From positions 46,811 through 110,810 of the forward strand of contig MFGA01000023.1 of NCBI GenBank assembly GCA_001778095.1: 64,000 bases of DNA, read 5' to 3'. Both the position numbers and the translations under genes were made by a program. The notes beneath the pieces were generated by a model. That model was not told the origin of the DNA. It worked only from the letters and a program-made list of their open reading frames with translations, and did not search any database. Position 1 is the first letter of the stretch, and every line of letters starts with the position of its first letter. This DNA is from Candidatus Falkowbacteria bacterium RIFOXYA2_FULL_38_12. Lineage in GTDB: Bacteria; Patescibacteriota; Patescibacteriia; XYB2-FULL-38-15. Below are positions 18,999 to 27,976 of this stretch, in pieces.

Positions 18999-20258
18999 TT
19001 AACAACAATACAACTCCTTCGGAGTCTTCCCTTCTTCCATCTCCCCAAACGGATTGCCAAATTTCCTGATATTGGCAATCATTTTTTTATTTTCATCAGT
19101 TTCTAAGTTTTCTTTATTTATTTTCTCTCTAACCTTTTTCATCAATTCCGGCAGATCAATTTTAACCGGACAATTTTCCCGACAAGCGCCACACAAGGTG
19201 CAGGAATAACAGCCGGAGTCTTTTGCCCGCAAGAGGTTTACCATAAAAGCGGACATTATAATCCCCTTGCTTCCCAGATATTTATCTCCGTATTTTGTTC
19301 CAAGCTGATGATAGGCTGGACAGAGATTAATGCAAGCTCCGCAATTGATGCAGTATAACAATTCCTCTAAACCCTCTTCTAAAATTTTATCTCGCCCATT
19401 ATCCAATAAAACCAAATAAACTTCTTTCGCGCCTTGGGCGCCGATTATTAATTGCTTTTGAATATCAGCTGTTTTTGATGGTCCGGAAATTATGGAAACA
19501 TAGACCGGCCAATCAACTCCTGAAGCCCAAACAGTTGTCGCCCGAACAATCTTCATGGCGTCTTCAATTGTGGGAACAATCTTTTCCCAGCCGGCAATAA
19601 TAATATGTTTGTCCGGCAAGCGGGAAACCAAAGAAATGTTCCCCTCGTTTTCCAAAAGAACAATTCTTCCATCGGAAGTAATAACATTGGCTCCGGAAAT
19701 ACCTGTATCCGCTTCCTTGAATTTTCCTCTCAAATAACCTCTCACAAAAGTGGCGATATCTTTAGCGGTCGGCGTGACAGTTTCCCCAAGCTTATTTTTT
19801 ATAATTTCGGAAATTTCTTCCGGGGTCAGGTGATATGCCGGCGAGACCGGATGCATGTCTTGCTCTCCCGCGATACTCATAATAAAATCGCCTAGATCCG
19901 TGCTTACCAATTCTTTATCTTTTAAAATTTCATCTATCCCGATTTCGTCGGCGGCGGTGGTTTTTGCTTTAACAATCAGCTTACTCGTTGCGGTCAAGTC
20001 TTTAATAATTCTTTCCGCGTCCTTGGCGTCTTTTGCCTCAAAAACTTTTATGCCATTTTTTTCCAAGTTGGCAATGGTTTTTTGGCGTAAATTTTTTATA
20101 TCGCGAAAAGTCCGCTCTTTAATTTCTCGGACTTCATCTTTAAATTTATTTTCGTCAAAACCCAAATCAGCCAAAACTTTTTCTCTTTTGGCCTTATATT
20201 CCAAAACTACTTTCCAAATATTCTTTTTGATTTCCGGTGATAAAAAGTCTGTTTGCAT
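18999..20258 (-). CDS. LutB/LldF-like protein (LUD domain plus two 4Fe-4S motifs)
   Basis: TDLGDFI, GISGAN, LLENEGNI, ISGPSKTADI, VLLDNGR, CINCGACINLCP, CTLCGACRENCP; start trimmed to 20258 because upstream codons translate a repeat. Confidence 0.85.
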   Translation of the reverse strand: MQTDFLSPEIKKNIWKVVLEYKAKREKVLADLGFDENKFKDEVREIKERTFRDIKNLRQKTIANLEKNGIKVFEAKDAKDAERIIKDLTATSKLIVKAKTTAADEIGIDEILKDKELVSTDLGDFIMSIAGEQDMHPVSPAYHLTPEEISEIIKNKLGETVTPTAKDIATFVRGYLRGKFKEADTGISGANVITSDGRIVLLENEGNISLVSRLPDKHIIIAGWEKIVPTIEDAMKIVRATTVWASGVDWPVYVSIISGPSKTADIQKQLIIGAQGAKEVYLVLLDNGRDKILEEGLEELLYCINCGACINLCPAYHQLGTKYGDKYLGSKGIIMSAFMVNLLRAKDSGCYSCTLCGACRENCPVKIDLPELMKKVREKINKENLETDENKKMIANIRKFGNPFGEMEEGKTPKELYCC

Positions 20259-20269
20259 AAAGTTCCTTT

Positions 20270-20360
20270 TTCCCCTCCCTTGAGGGGAGGGGCTAGGGGA
20301 GGGTGGGATGCTTGAATTGTCGATCACCCCCTCCTTACCTCCCCCCTCAAGGGGGAGGAA
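20270..20360. repeat. GC-rich REP-like palindromic doublet
   Basis: TCCCCTCCCTTGAGGGGAGGGGCTAGGGGAGGGTG ... CACCCCCTCCTTACCTCCCCCCTCAAGGGGGAGGAA, two inverted arms each self-palindromic. Confidence 0.8.
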
Positions 20361-20385
20361 CTCATTGATTATTTTTTTACTACTA

Positions 20386-20414
20386 ATGAACTACCCCGCA
20401 GCAAGCTGACGGGG
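20386..20414. repeat. Isolated IS200/IS605-end-like hairpin
   Basis: TGAACTA-CCCCGCAGC-AA-GCTGACGGGG imperfect hairpin; no transposase in the window. Confidence 0.45.
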
Positions 20415-20426
20415 AAATTTATTTCA

Positions 20427-21143
20427 TTATATCAATTCCGAAAACTCTTTAACTTCAATCTCCCCTTCGGCATTATTTTTTAAATTAAGATAACATAAAG
20501 GACACGGCGTCACTAGTGTTTTCGCTCCTGTTTTTTTGGCCATCGCAATCCTATCTTTAGCGATTTTATTAGCAACATTCGGCTCATTTGATTGCACTCC
20601 TCCCCCGCCACCGCAACAAAAACTTTGATTGCAATTAAGTTCCATTTCTTTTATTTCGCATCCCAAATCACGAAGAATTTTCCTCGGCTCTTCAAAAACG
20701 CCCATTTCGCGACCGAGATGGCAGGGATCATGATAAGTTATTTCTTGGTTACCGATATCTTTCCTTCTCGCTATTTTTTTAATCTTACTCAAAGTTTCAG
20801 TCGTGTGCTCCACTTCTATGTTCCACTCGCTCCCCAATACTTTTGGGTATTCTTTTTTAAAAATCATAAAACAAGCCGGACAATGGGTAATTATCTTGCC
20901 AACAGAATGATCTTTAAAAATCTTCAAATTTTTTTGAGCTAACTCTTTAAAATCATCGGCATAACCCGCCTTTAAGGCCGGCGACCCGCAACAAACCTCA
21001 AGATCGGCCAGTTCAATAAAATCAACGCCATTATCGCGTAAAATAGCCTTGTAGTTGCCGACTAGCTCCTTGGCGACAAACTTACTTAGGCAACCGGGAT
21101 AGTAAAGAGTGTTTCCTTTAAATATCTTATTTAAGATAGACAT
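20427..21143 (-). CDS. LutA-like CCG-domain Fe-S protein
   Basis: YYPGC, CCGSP, CPAC, YHDPCHLGR, CCGGGGG, CPLC; start trimmed to ATG 21143. Confidence 0.85.
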   Translation of the reverse strand: MSILNKIFKGNTLYYPGCLSKFVAKELVGNYKAILRDNGVDFIELADLEVCCGSPALKAGYADDFKELAQKNLKIFKDHSVGKIITHCPACFMIFKKEYPKVLGSEWNIEVEHTTETLSKIKKIARRKDIGNQEITYHDPCHLGREMGVFEEPRKILRDLGCEIKEMELNCNQSFCCGGGGGVQSNEPNVANKIAKDRIAMAKKTGAKTLVTPCPLCYLNLKNNAEGEIEVKEFSELI

Positions 21144-21154
21144 ATATTTCTCCG

Positions 21155-21253
21155 CGTCATTCTGAGCAAAGCGACCCCGCAAAAGGCGGGGCGCGTATGC
21201 GGGAAAATATTGCAGGCATTCGCCTGAGATCCTTCACTGCGTTCAGGATGACG
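21155..21253. repeat. REP-like doublet, inverted sibling of 47323..47420, carrying a CCCCGC-N5-GCGGGG patch at 21175-21191
   Basis: CGTCATTCTGAGC...GAGATCCTTCACTGCGTTCAGGATGACG; aligns end to end with the reverse complement of 47323..47420. Confidence 0.88.
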
Positions 21254-21301
21254 ATACTGTCAAGAATTATTATAAATTCTTAAGTACAAATATCGTACCA
21301 C

Positions 21302-21421
21302 AAAAAACAAAAAATTCCCAGTCATGAGAATCTTTTGGCGAGAGACAACCTATTGCTTTGCGTATAAATTGTATTTTATAAGCAATTGGAGAAATTGCTT
21401 CTCACAATAGATCGCCCCTCA
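21302..21421 (-). ncRNA. Candidate structured small RNA with its own promoter and terminator
   Basis: ATGACT-N17-TAGCAT at 21456-21428; 17-bp stem with 5 G-U pairs (21420-21404/21356-21340); two inner hairpins; terminator hairpin plus U-tract at 21336-21302. Confidence 0.65.
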
Positions 21422-21470
21422 TTTATAATGCTACTACAAATAAATGAAAAAGTCATTAAAAAATCACAAA

Positions 21471-22472
21471 CTATCTTTGCCAAAGCTTCTTACCAATCTC
21501 CCAAATGGAACTATCTCCTTGTTTGTAAAGCCAATACCACCATTCTACTCCCCAAACATAAGCCTTACTAAAACCGGTCTTTCTGGCAAAATCTATGTGA
21601 TTTTTAACACGTTCCGGTCCCATAAGCTCTTTTTGCTTTATAATTTCTTCCGGGGAATTGGAATCCATTCTTTTCCATGGTTCGGCTTGCAATTCCGAAA
21701 TTATTACCTCATTTCTTGATAACCCCAGCAAATTAGCCTTTAATCTATAAGTAAAAGGCGCAAAAAAATGATAAAAATAGCCAAAATAATGATTATAGAC
21801 AACTCTATAAATTGATATACCAAGATAATCGCCCAAGTGAGCCGTTCTAACCCATGACGAAACCTCTCCGCTATCGGTAATTAAAACCGGCCTCGTATCC
21901 AAAGATTTAACAAGAGCGATTTCTTCTTTCAAAAATTCCCTGTCCCCGGGCGGGCATTCGCCAAAAATATCAAATAACGGCTCGTTTTCCACCTGCCAAA
22001 CTTTAATTGCGGGAGATTTTTTGTAACGCGTAACTACTTCTCTTATAAATCCCAAAATCGCCTTTTGACGATCTTCTTTTACTTCTTTTCTCGCCCAAGC
22101 GGGCGTGTGGCATTCCGGCCAATGAGGCTGACGTTCCCCCAAAACCAACATCACCTCCACATTTCTTTTTTCCGCTTCAGCTATTTGCCAATCTAAATCT
22201 TTGAAAAAGTAAGAACCTTTTTGCGCTTCAATACCATTCCATTCCGACTCAAGACGCAAAAATTTTATACCTAATTCATCAACCATTGCCAAGTAAGTTT
22301 CTTGCCAATCCAAACCCAAAGACTCGGCATAGTACCGACTAAAATTGGCGCCGAATTTTATATCTTGATTTTTTTTATTCAAGGGAGATATCCAAGCAAA
22401 AATAAAAAACAAAAATGCCGCTACTAAAACGGTTAAAAATACAAATATAATTTTCTTAAAAAATTTTATCAT
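21471..22472 (-). CDS. Membrane-anchored clan GH-A-like glycoside hydrolase
   Basis: N-terminal TM, W..IEAQKGSY.F..LDWQI, WQVENEP (acid/base), IISELQAEPW (nucleophile), WGVEWW. Confidence 0.8.
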   Translation of the reverse strand: MIKFFKKIIFVFLTVLVAAFLFFIFAWISPLNKKNQDIKFGANFSRYYAESLGLDWQETYLAMVDELGIKFLRLESEWNGIEAQKGSYFFKDLDWQIAEAEKRNVEVMLVLGERQPHWPECHTPAWARKEVKEDRQKAILGFIREVVTRYKKSPAIKVWQVENEPLFDIFGECPPGDREFLKEEIALVKSLDTRPVLITDSGEVSSWVRTAHLGDYLGISIYRVVYNHYFGYFYHFFAPFTYRLKANLLGLSRNEVIISELQAEPWKRMDSNSPEEIIKQKELMGPERVKNHIDFARKTGFSKAYVWGVEWWYWLYKQGDSSIWEIGKKLWQR

Positions 22473-23824
22473 TAATATTGAAGTATTGCTTTTAGCGTCT
22501 TCATTTCTTTTGTTTTGTGCTTGATAATTTTTTCAATATTATATGCTCCGTATTTACCACCCTCAAGAAATCCCTGCATAGCGAGTCGCGCGAAAAAACC
22601 GCTTTTCATCCAATCAAAAAGCCATTCATTGACATATTGAACGTCTTCTTGATCCGTGCCCGAACCGATACTCATCAACCATTTTCTGTTAAATTTTTCT
22701 TGCGATCCGATCGGTGTGGACATAATTATAGGCAAACCTAGGGCTGTATAAAAAGATAACTCGCTCGGTTTTGTCCATAAAATATCCGTCTCGCGAAGAG
22801 CTTTGTTGAATTTTTTAAAATATTCGTCTTTACTGTTGGCAAAAATTATTTTTATATTTTTATCAAGATATCTCCCGAGCCCAATACTCCGAACATTCTC
22901 TCTAAAATATTGATTAATTTCATTTCTGATTCCGGCAACTAAAACTATTTTAATTTCATTTGTCTTTATTTTTGAAGATAAATTTTTAACGATTTGAACT
23001 CCCAACTCTCTTTGCGCTCCCGCTCCGCCGACCGCGAAAGTTATTGTCGGAGGACGATTTGATTTGGAATGAGGCCATTTCTTGCCCAGTCGTTCGGCAA
23101 TTGTCAATTTATATTTTTGAATAAAGGCATTCTCGGGATCAAGATGAATCAGTCTTTCAGCCAAATCATGTTTTAAAATATCCAAAGATTCTCCCCCAAT
23201 GTTTTCTTCGGGCAAGGGAAAACCGGTCAAAAAAATATTTTCCGTTTTTATTCCGTAAAGTTTCAGTCTTTCCACGACACGATAATTGGAAGCGAGATAC
23301 CTGATTCTGCTTTTACTTGGAGTAAGCGACACCCAGGCTCTTGAAATATCCGCATCGCAAATAACACAATATATGTCTCCGCTATACCCCCAAACTTCGG
23401 CCATAAACGCCGGAATAAAAAAGGTAGTGATGAGCGGCAATGGTTTTTTGTCCAAACGCTCAATAAAATGTTTTCCCCATTGTCTTTTTTTAATCAAAGA
23501 AAAAATCTCTCTTTGCTGAAAATTGGTTTTGGATAAATCTCTTTTCGGATAAAAAGAAGGAATCTCTTGAACCTTATCGTAAAGATCAAAAGCAAGCTCG
23601 CCAAAAAACGGAACTTTTTTAAAACGAGAAACAAACTCATAAAATTTTCGGCTGTCCTGCCAAATTTTATGATCTTTTTTTGGCATTCCCGGATAATTGC
23701 TGGCGTTAACTATTTTCCCGCCATAAGCAAATCTCTTTAGAGGATAGGCCGCCCTTTGGTGACCATAGCCCATATCTACGGAGACTATCCAAGCTTTTCC
23801 GTTGTTATTTTTTTCCCCCTTCAT
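22472..23824 (-). CDS. GT-B fold glycosyltransferase-like protein (MGDG-synthase-like motifs)
   Basis: VSVDMGYGHQRAA, LTGFPLP, AVGGAG, DILWTKPSE, ALGLPII..PIGSQEKFN. Confidence 0.7.
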   Translation of the reverse strand: MKGEKNNNGKAWIVSVDMGYGHQRAAYPLKRFAYGGKIVNASNYPGMPKKDHKIWQDSRKFYEFVSRFKKVPFFGELAFDLYDKVQEIPSFYPKRDLSKTNFQQREIFSLIKKRQWGKHFIERLDKKPLPLITTFFIPAFMAEVWGYSGDIYCVICDADISRAWVSLTPSKSRIRYLASNYRVVERLKLYGIKTENIFLTGFPLPEENIGGESLDILKHDLAERLIHLDPENAFIQKYKLTIAERLGKKWPHSKSNRPPTITFAVGGAGAQRELGVQIVKNLSSKIKTNEIKIVLVAGIRNEINQYFRENVRSIGLGRYLDKNIKIIFANSKDEYFKKFNKALRETDILWTKPSELSFYTALGLPIIMSTPIGSQEKFNRKWLMSIGSGTDQEDVQYVNEWLFDWMKSGFFARLAMQGFLEGGKYGAYNIEKIIKHKTKEMKTLKAILQY

Positions 23825-23847
23825 TTTTTTATTTTAGACTCGGTTAT

Positions 23848-24010
23848 TAGACTTGTTGCGTAATAATCCTTTCTACTGCAACTAGTAATTTTGGCTACAA
23901 ATCTTCTAAAGCTCCTCTGCTTATACTAATGTATAAACATCGTCGCTTTATAAGATTTTCGCCTAAAATTACCGCGTTTCGTAACGAAAGATTATTACGC
24001 AACAAGTCTA
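23848..24010. mobile_element. 163-bp rod-hairpin MITE-like element, copy 1
   Basis: Perfect 21-bp terminal inverted repeat TAGACTTGTTGCGTAATAATC; interior homologous to 27977..28136 in inverted orientation. Confidence 0.8.
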
Positions 24011-24745
24011 TTATCTGAAATCTTGGTAGATTTTATTCAAAGGTTTTTTAAAAATCCACTCGCTGAAAAAATTTATAACATATTTTGCAATCAACCTTAT
24101 TCCGCCTTCTCCGCCAAATCTTCTTAGAGAAGAGCCGATTACCAGCTCTTTTGAAAATTCTATTTTTCCGATTTTAGCTATTCGCCTTGTCAGCTCCGTA
24201 TCTTCGCCATAAAATTCCAAATTTGTATTAAACCCCCCTATTTTTTCTAAGGCCTCGCGCCTCACGGCAAAATTCCCTCCGATAAGCATTATTCCCCCTT
24301 GACGAAAAACATACTTCCAAATTTTTTCTCCAACGGGCATTATGATATTATTGTAGATGGATTCAAGAAAGGCTACTATTTTTGAAATTTTTTCAAAATG
24401 GTAAGGACCCGATATACCGATCAATTCGGAGTCGTTCGTAAATTTTTTGATAACGATATTAAACCAATTTTTTGAGACTATGGAGTCGGCGTCAAAAAAA
24501 ACCAATATTTCCCCAGAGGAAGCCAAATAGCCGGCCTGCCTTGCTCGAGTAACTCCTTTTTTTGATTCATTGATAACCCTCACTCCCTTAAAATTTTTAG
24601 CGACCATCTCTGTTTTATCAGTTGAGGCATTATTTACAACAATAACTTCAAAATTATCCGGCAAATCGCTGGAAAAAATAGAATTTAAACATCGGGGAAG
24701 AAATCCTTCTTCATTGTAGGCGGGAACAACTATGGATACTTTCAT
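24011..24745 (-). CDS. GT2 family glycosyltransferase
   Basis: VSIVVPAYNEE, VNNASTDKT, FFDADS, GGNFAVRR..LEKIGGF, GEDTEL. Confidence 0.92.
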   Translation of the reverse strand: MKVSIVVPAYNEEGFLPRCLNSIFSSDLPDNFEVIVVNNASTDKTEMVAKNFKGVRVINESKKGVTRARQAGYLASSGEILVFFDADSIVSKNWFNIVIKKFTNDSELIGISGPYHFEKISKIVAFLESIYNNIIMPVGEKIWKYVFRQGGIMLIGGNFAVRREALEKIGGFNTNLEFYGEDTELTRRIAKIGKIEFSKELVIGSSLRRFGGEGGIRLIAKYVINFFSEWIFKKPLNKIYQDFR

Positions 24746-24812
24746 AAATCTTTCTGCCGTTATTCTGCGATAATTATATCACAGAATAGAGTAATCTACT
24801 AAGAATATTTTT

Positions 24813-25277
24813 CTAGTAGTGGTACTCTTTACCACTCATAATCGCCGATGCTCGATAAATTTGTTCCAAGAGGATCATTCTGGCCATTTCGTGAGGAAAA
24901 GTCATTTTGGAAAGGGATAATTTTCGATATGGATTTTCTAAAATGTTTTCATGAAATCCAAGCGCTCCCCCGATTACAAAAATAATTCTTTCATTTTTAT
25001 CTTCAAGAAATTCTGCGAATTCATGAGAAGAAAAATTTTTTCCTTTTTCGTCCAGAATAATAATATTTCCCTCATTTTTCTCTAAAAATTTCAAGATCTT
25101 CTCCCCTTCTATCTTTTTCGCTTTATCTTTATCCGATTCTCTTTTAAAAGGCTCTGCTTCAATTTCTTCAACATCTATCTTGGCGTACGGACTCAATCTT
25201 TTTAAATACTCGCCTATCGCTTCACGAAAATAATCTTTTTTGATTTTTCCCACAGCCAAAATTGTTATTCTCATCAT
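24813..25277 (-). CDS. rlmH: 23S rRNA m3Psi1915 methyltransferase
   Basis: ILAVGK, EYLKRL, FVIGGALG, LSLSKMTFPHEMARMILLEQIYRA, YHY end. Confidence 0.95.
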   Translation of the reverse strand: MMRITILAVGKIKKDYFREAIGEYLKRLSPYAKIDVEEIEAEPFKRESDKDKAKKIEGEKILKFLEKNEGNIIILDEKGKNFSSHEFAEFLEDKNERIIFVIGGALGFHENILENPYRKLSLSKMTFPHEMARMILLEQIYRASAIMSGKEYHY

Positions 25278-25340
25278 AAGATTATTCTATTTTATAAAAC
25301 CATCCGGTTTTTTAAATAATTCTGTTTTGGAGAAAATTTT

Positions 25341-26729
25341 TTAAAGATTTATCCGATAGTCGCAATAATGAAATATCTCTTCTCTATTATCTGCTATTAG
25401 AATTGTATTGTTTTTGTTTATGATTTTTCTAAAAATATCTACCATGACTGGAATATCCTTAAGATGCAAACCTCTCGTCGGAGTATCAAAGATGTAAACA
25501 GTCCTATCACCTAATTTTTTTGAAAGAATATTTGCGACTCTTACTCTCTGGGATTCTCCTCCGCTTAAAGAACCTGATTTTTGTCCAAGAACCAAATAGC
25601 CCAAACCTACTTCCTGCAAAAATTTTAATTTTCTTACTATTAGGGTATCTGTTTTAAATATTTCTAATGCCTCATCAATTGTCATATTTGTGACTTCTTC
25701 AATGTTTTTACCCTTATAGTAAACTTTTAAAACATCTCTTGAAAAATCATTTTTTGACTCTAAAATGCTATTAGAAATAATAAAATCGGACTTTGTTAAT
25801 CCTAATTGCTTTGATAATTTTTCATTTGCAAAAATTTCTCTTATGTTGTCCCAAACTTTTGCATAGGTCGCGAGCGTGCTTGATGGATGATCTCCGATTG
25901 GAGATTGGGGCACAATAAATGACCTGCGCACATTTGATTTACCGTCAACATTGACCGTTTTTAATTTGATTTTCCATGCATTTTTTCCTTTAAATAAAGC
26001 ACGATAAGTGACATCCAATAATGTTGACTTGCCAGAACCTGAACAGCCAGTTAGGCAAACTATACTTATGAGCGGAAATATAAAACTGTAATTGTTAAAA
26101 TTTCTAGCGGATATTTTTGAAATTGTAACTACTTTGCCCTTCTTGATAGTTTCATGTTTAAGTAAGTCTTTATTTACATTAAAAACATATTCGGCTGTAA
26201 TAGTACCGGACTTTTTAAATTCAGTTAAGTTTCCCTCAAAAATCAATTTCCCTCCATATCGTCCAGCACCTGGACCAAGCTCTATTATATAATCAGCATT
26301 AGCAATTATTTCCTTGTTATGTTCAACTGCGATTATTGAATATCCTTGCTTAACCTTATCTTTCAATATTTTTAAAATCGATTTTCGTTCTTTTTCACAA
26401 AATCCAGCACAGGGCTCGTCAACTATCAACAAATCTTCCTTGTGAATCATGTCCAATTTCTTTTTTAATTTATCAAAATTAAATTCGCCCAAACTCAATT
26501 TTGTATCCCTTGGAAGAATTACTTTTTGCTCAAGAATATCAACAACCTTCGGTAGATTTTTTATATCCCATTTGTTCTTGATCGAATTATTATATAGTAC
26601 CTCATGAACTAAGGTGGATTTACCGCTTCCGCTCGGACCAACAATAGCAACCAATTTTTGCAATGGTATTTTAACTGAAAATCCTTTCAGATTGTTCTTT
26701 GTTATATCTTTTACTATTATGTATTTCAT
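25341..26729 (-). CDS. Minimal UvrA-like ABC ATPase
   Basis: NNLK, GPSGSGKSTL, VEHN..IIANADYIIELGPGAGRYGG, GCSGSGKSTL, VGLGYLVLGQ..GSLSGGESQRV; 462 aa, no zinc fingers. Confidence 0.8.
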   Translation of the reverse strand: MKYIIVKDITKNNLKGFSVKIPLQKLVAIVGPSGSGKSTLVHEVLYNNSIKNKWDIKNLPKVVDILEQKVILPRDTKLSLGEFNFDKLKKKLDMIHKEDLLIVDEPCAGFCEKERKSILKILKDKVKQGYSIIAVEHNKEIIANADYIIELGPGAGRYGGKLIFEGNLTEFKKSGTITAEYVFNVNKDLLKHETIKKGKVVTISKISARNFNNYSFIFPLISIVCLTGCSGSGKSTLLDVTYRALFKGKNAWKIKLKTVNVDGKSNVRRSFIVPQSPIGDHPSSTLATYAKVWDNIREIFANEKLSKQLGLTKSDFIISNSILESKNDFSRDVLKVYYKGKNIEEVTNMTIDEALEIFKTDTLIVRKLKFLQEVGLGYLVLGQKSGSLSGGESQRVRVANILSKKLGDRTVYIFDTPTRGLHLKDIPVMVDIFRKIINKNNTILIADNREEIFHYCDYRINL

Positions 26730-26733
26730 TGGA

Positions 26734-26889
26734 CTAACTTAAATAATTAAATTTATAAAAATAAAAAGGGATGAATGCCTCAACAATCGCTGTTAAAATT
26801 GAAGAAAATAAAAGAATGAGGCCGGTAATCTTATGTTTTTTGGCCTCATGCCAATATAACTTTAATGTTTTTTTGGTATTATTTTTCAT
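26734..26889 (-). pseudogene. 51-aa ORF resembling the N-terminus of an ABC exporter; probable truncated remnant
   Basis: Manual translation MKNNTKKTLKLYWHEAKKHKITGLILLFSSILTAIVEAFIPFYFYKFNYLS*; elbow helix plus first TM pattern. Confidence 0.5.
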
Positions 26890-26944
26890 TTCAAATTATT
26901 TTTTAATACTACCTTCATTAATTATAGATTAAATTACGAAATAA

Positions 26945-26979
26945 TAAAAATCGGACGCTTTTAAGGCATCCGATTTTTA
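26945..26979 (-). terminator. Intrinsic terminator after the pilin gene
   Basis: TAAAAATCGGA..TCCGATTTTTA inverted repeat. Confidence 0.8.
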
Positions 26980-26998
26980 GTTTCTTTTTTTAAAAAAA

Positions 26999-27439
26999 TT
27001 ACTGTGTGGAACTGATAGCCGCCCCTAATTCAGCTGACCCGGCCGTAAGAGTTACCCGACCAGTGTCTCCATCTCTAATGATAGTATATCCCGTATCATA
27101 ATCAGCGCAACTGGTATATGAACCTGCTGAAGGATCAAATGGTAATGATGACATGTAGTTGGGAACTAAACAAGCGCAGATGTCGTAACCGGCTACCGAG
27201 ACAGCAGTTGCGACAATAGGAATAACTCCTTCGGCGCAAGTAAATGTTCCTTGATTTTCCGCTGTATTCTGCTGAATGGCGTTCAAGATGGCCGGAAGAT
27301 GGGACCAACGTTGAGAATTACGCGCTGAAGCAAATTGTCTTGCCGGATTTAAGGCAATGATCACCGCTCCGGCGATAACCGCGATAAGAGCTATTACGAT
27401 AAGTAGCTCTATCAAGGTAAAACCTTTGTTTTTCATCAT
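26999..27439 (-). CDS. Type IV pilin, probable major pilin
   Basis: KGFTLIELLIVIALIAVIAG, ALNPARQF..ARNSQR, LPFDP; TATAAT at 27532-27527 and own terminator. Confidence 0.9.
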   Translation of the reverse strand: MMKNKGFTLIELLIVIALIAVIAGAVIIALNPARQFASARNSQRWSHLPAILNAIQQNTAENQGTFTCAEGVIPIVATAVSVAGYDICACLVPNYMSSLPFDPSAGSYTSCADYDTGYTIIRDGDTGRVTLTAGSAELGAAISSTQ

Positions 27440-27576
27440 AGTTAATTAGGCGCCATCAAAATTTTCTGATTGCTACTTTTAAAAGTGGCAGAAAGAAAAA
27501 AGATGGACATTATTTATAATTAATATATTATACCTCATTACAAGGAAAAATAATATTATATCTGTGGAAAACTTTT

Positions 27577-27972
27577 TTAAAAATCTTCCACTTCTTCCCA
27601 CGAATCAACAACGACCGGTAAACGTGACGATAAGACCGCCTGCATTTTCGCGGATTGATTGCCTCGAGAAGCCTCCGCTTTTATTGTCCATGGCGGGCCC
27701 GGATTAATAGCTAAAATATTACAGAGAAGCGTTCCGTTATTTATTGTCTCACTTCCTTGATAATTAATATTTCTTCCTAGTCTATCAATGGCAAGTTCAA
27801 TGCAAGCGTTTGCCGCGCTTAAAGAAATTTTTTTATTTTTGGCCGCTTCAATAATTTGTATTTCGCGCATAAAGGAAGAAGTCCCGGTTAAAGCCATACT
27901 AAGCATCACTACCGATAAAATCAAAACTGATATAATCATGGCCGCTCCATTTTGATTTAGCTTCTTGATCAT
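27577..27972 (-). CDS. Minor pilin, PilX-like
   Basis: QNGAAMIISVLILSV (no Glu5), AANACIE.A, SWEEV end. Confidence 0.75.
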   Translation of the reverse strand: MIKKLNQNGAAMIISVLILSVVMLSMALTGTSSFMREIQIIEAAKNKKISLSAANACIELAIDRLGRNINYQGSETINNGTLLCNILAINPGPPWTIKAEASRGNQSAKMQAVLSSRLPVVVDSWEEVEDF

Positions 27973-27976
27973 AATT

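Noticed and set aside
23845-24013. 5-bp TATTA target-site duplication as a family property of the rod elements
   Set aside because: Present at copy 1 only; copy 2 shares just TA, and the context is AT-rich
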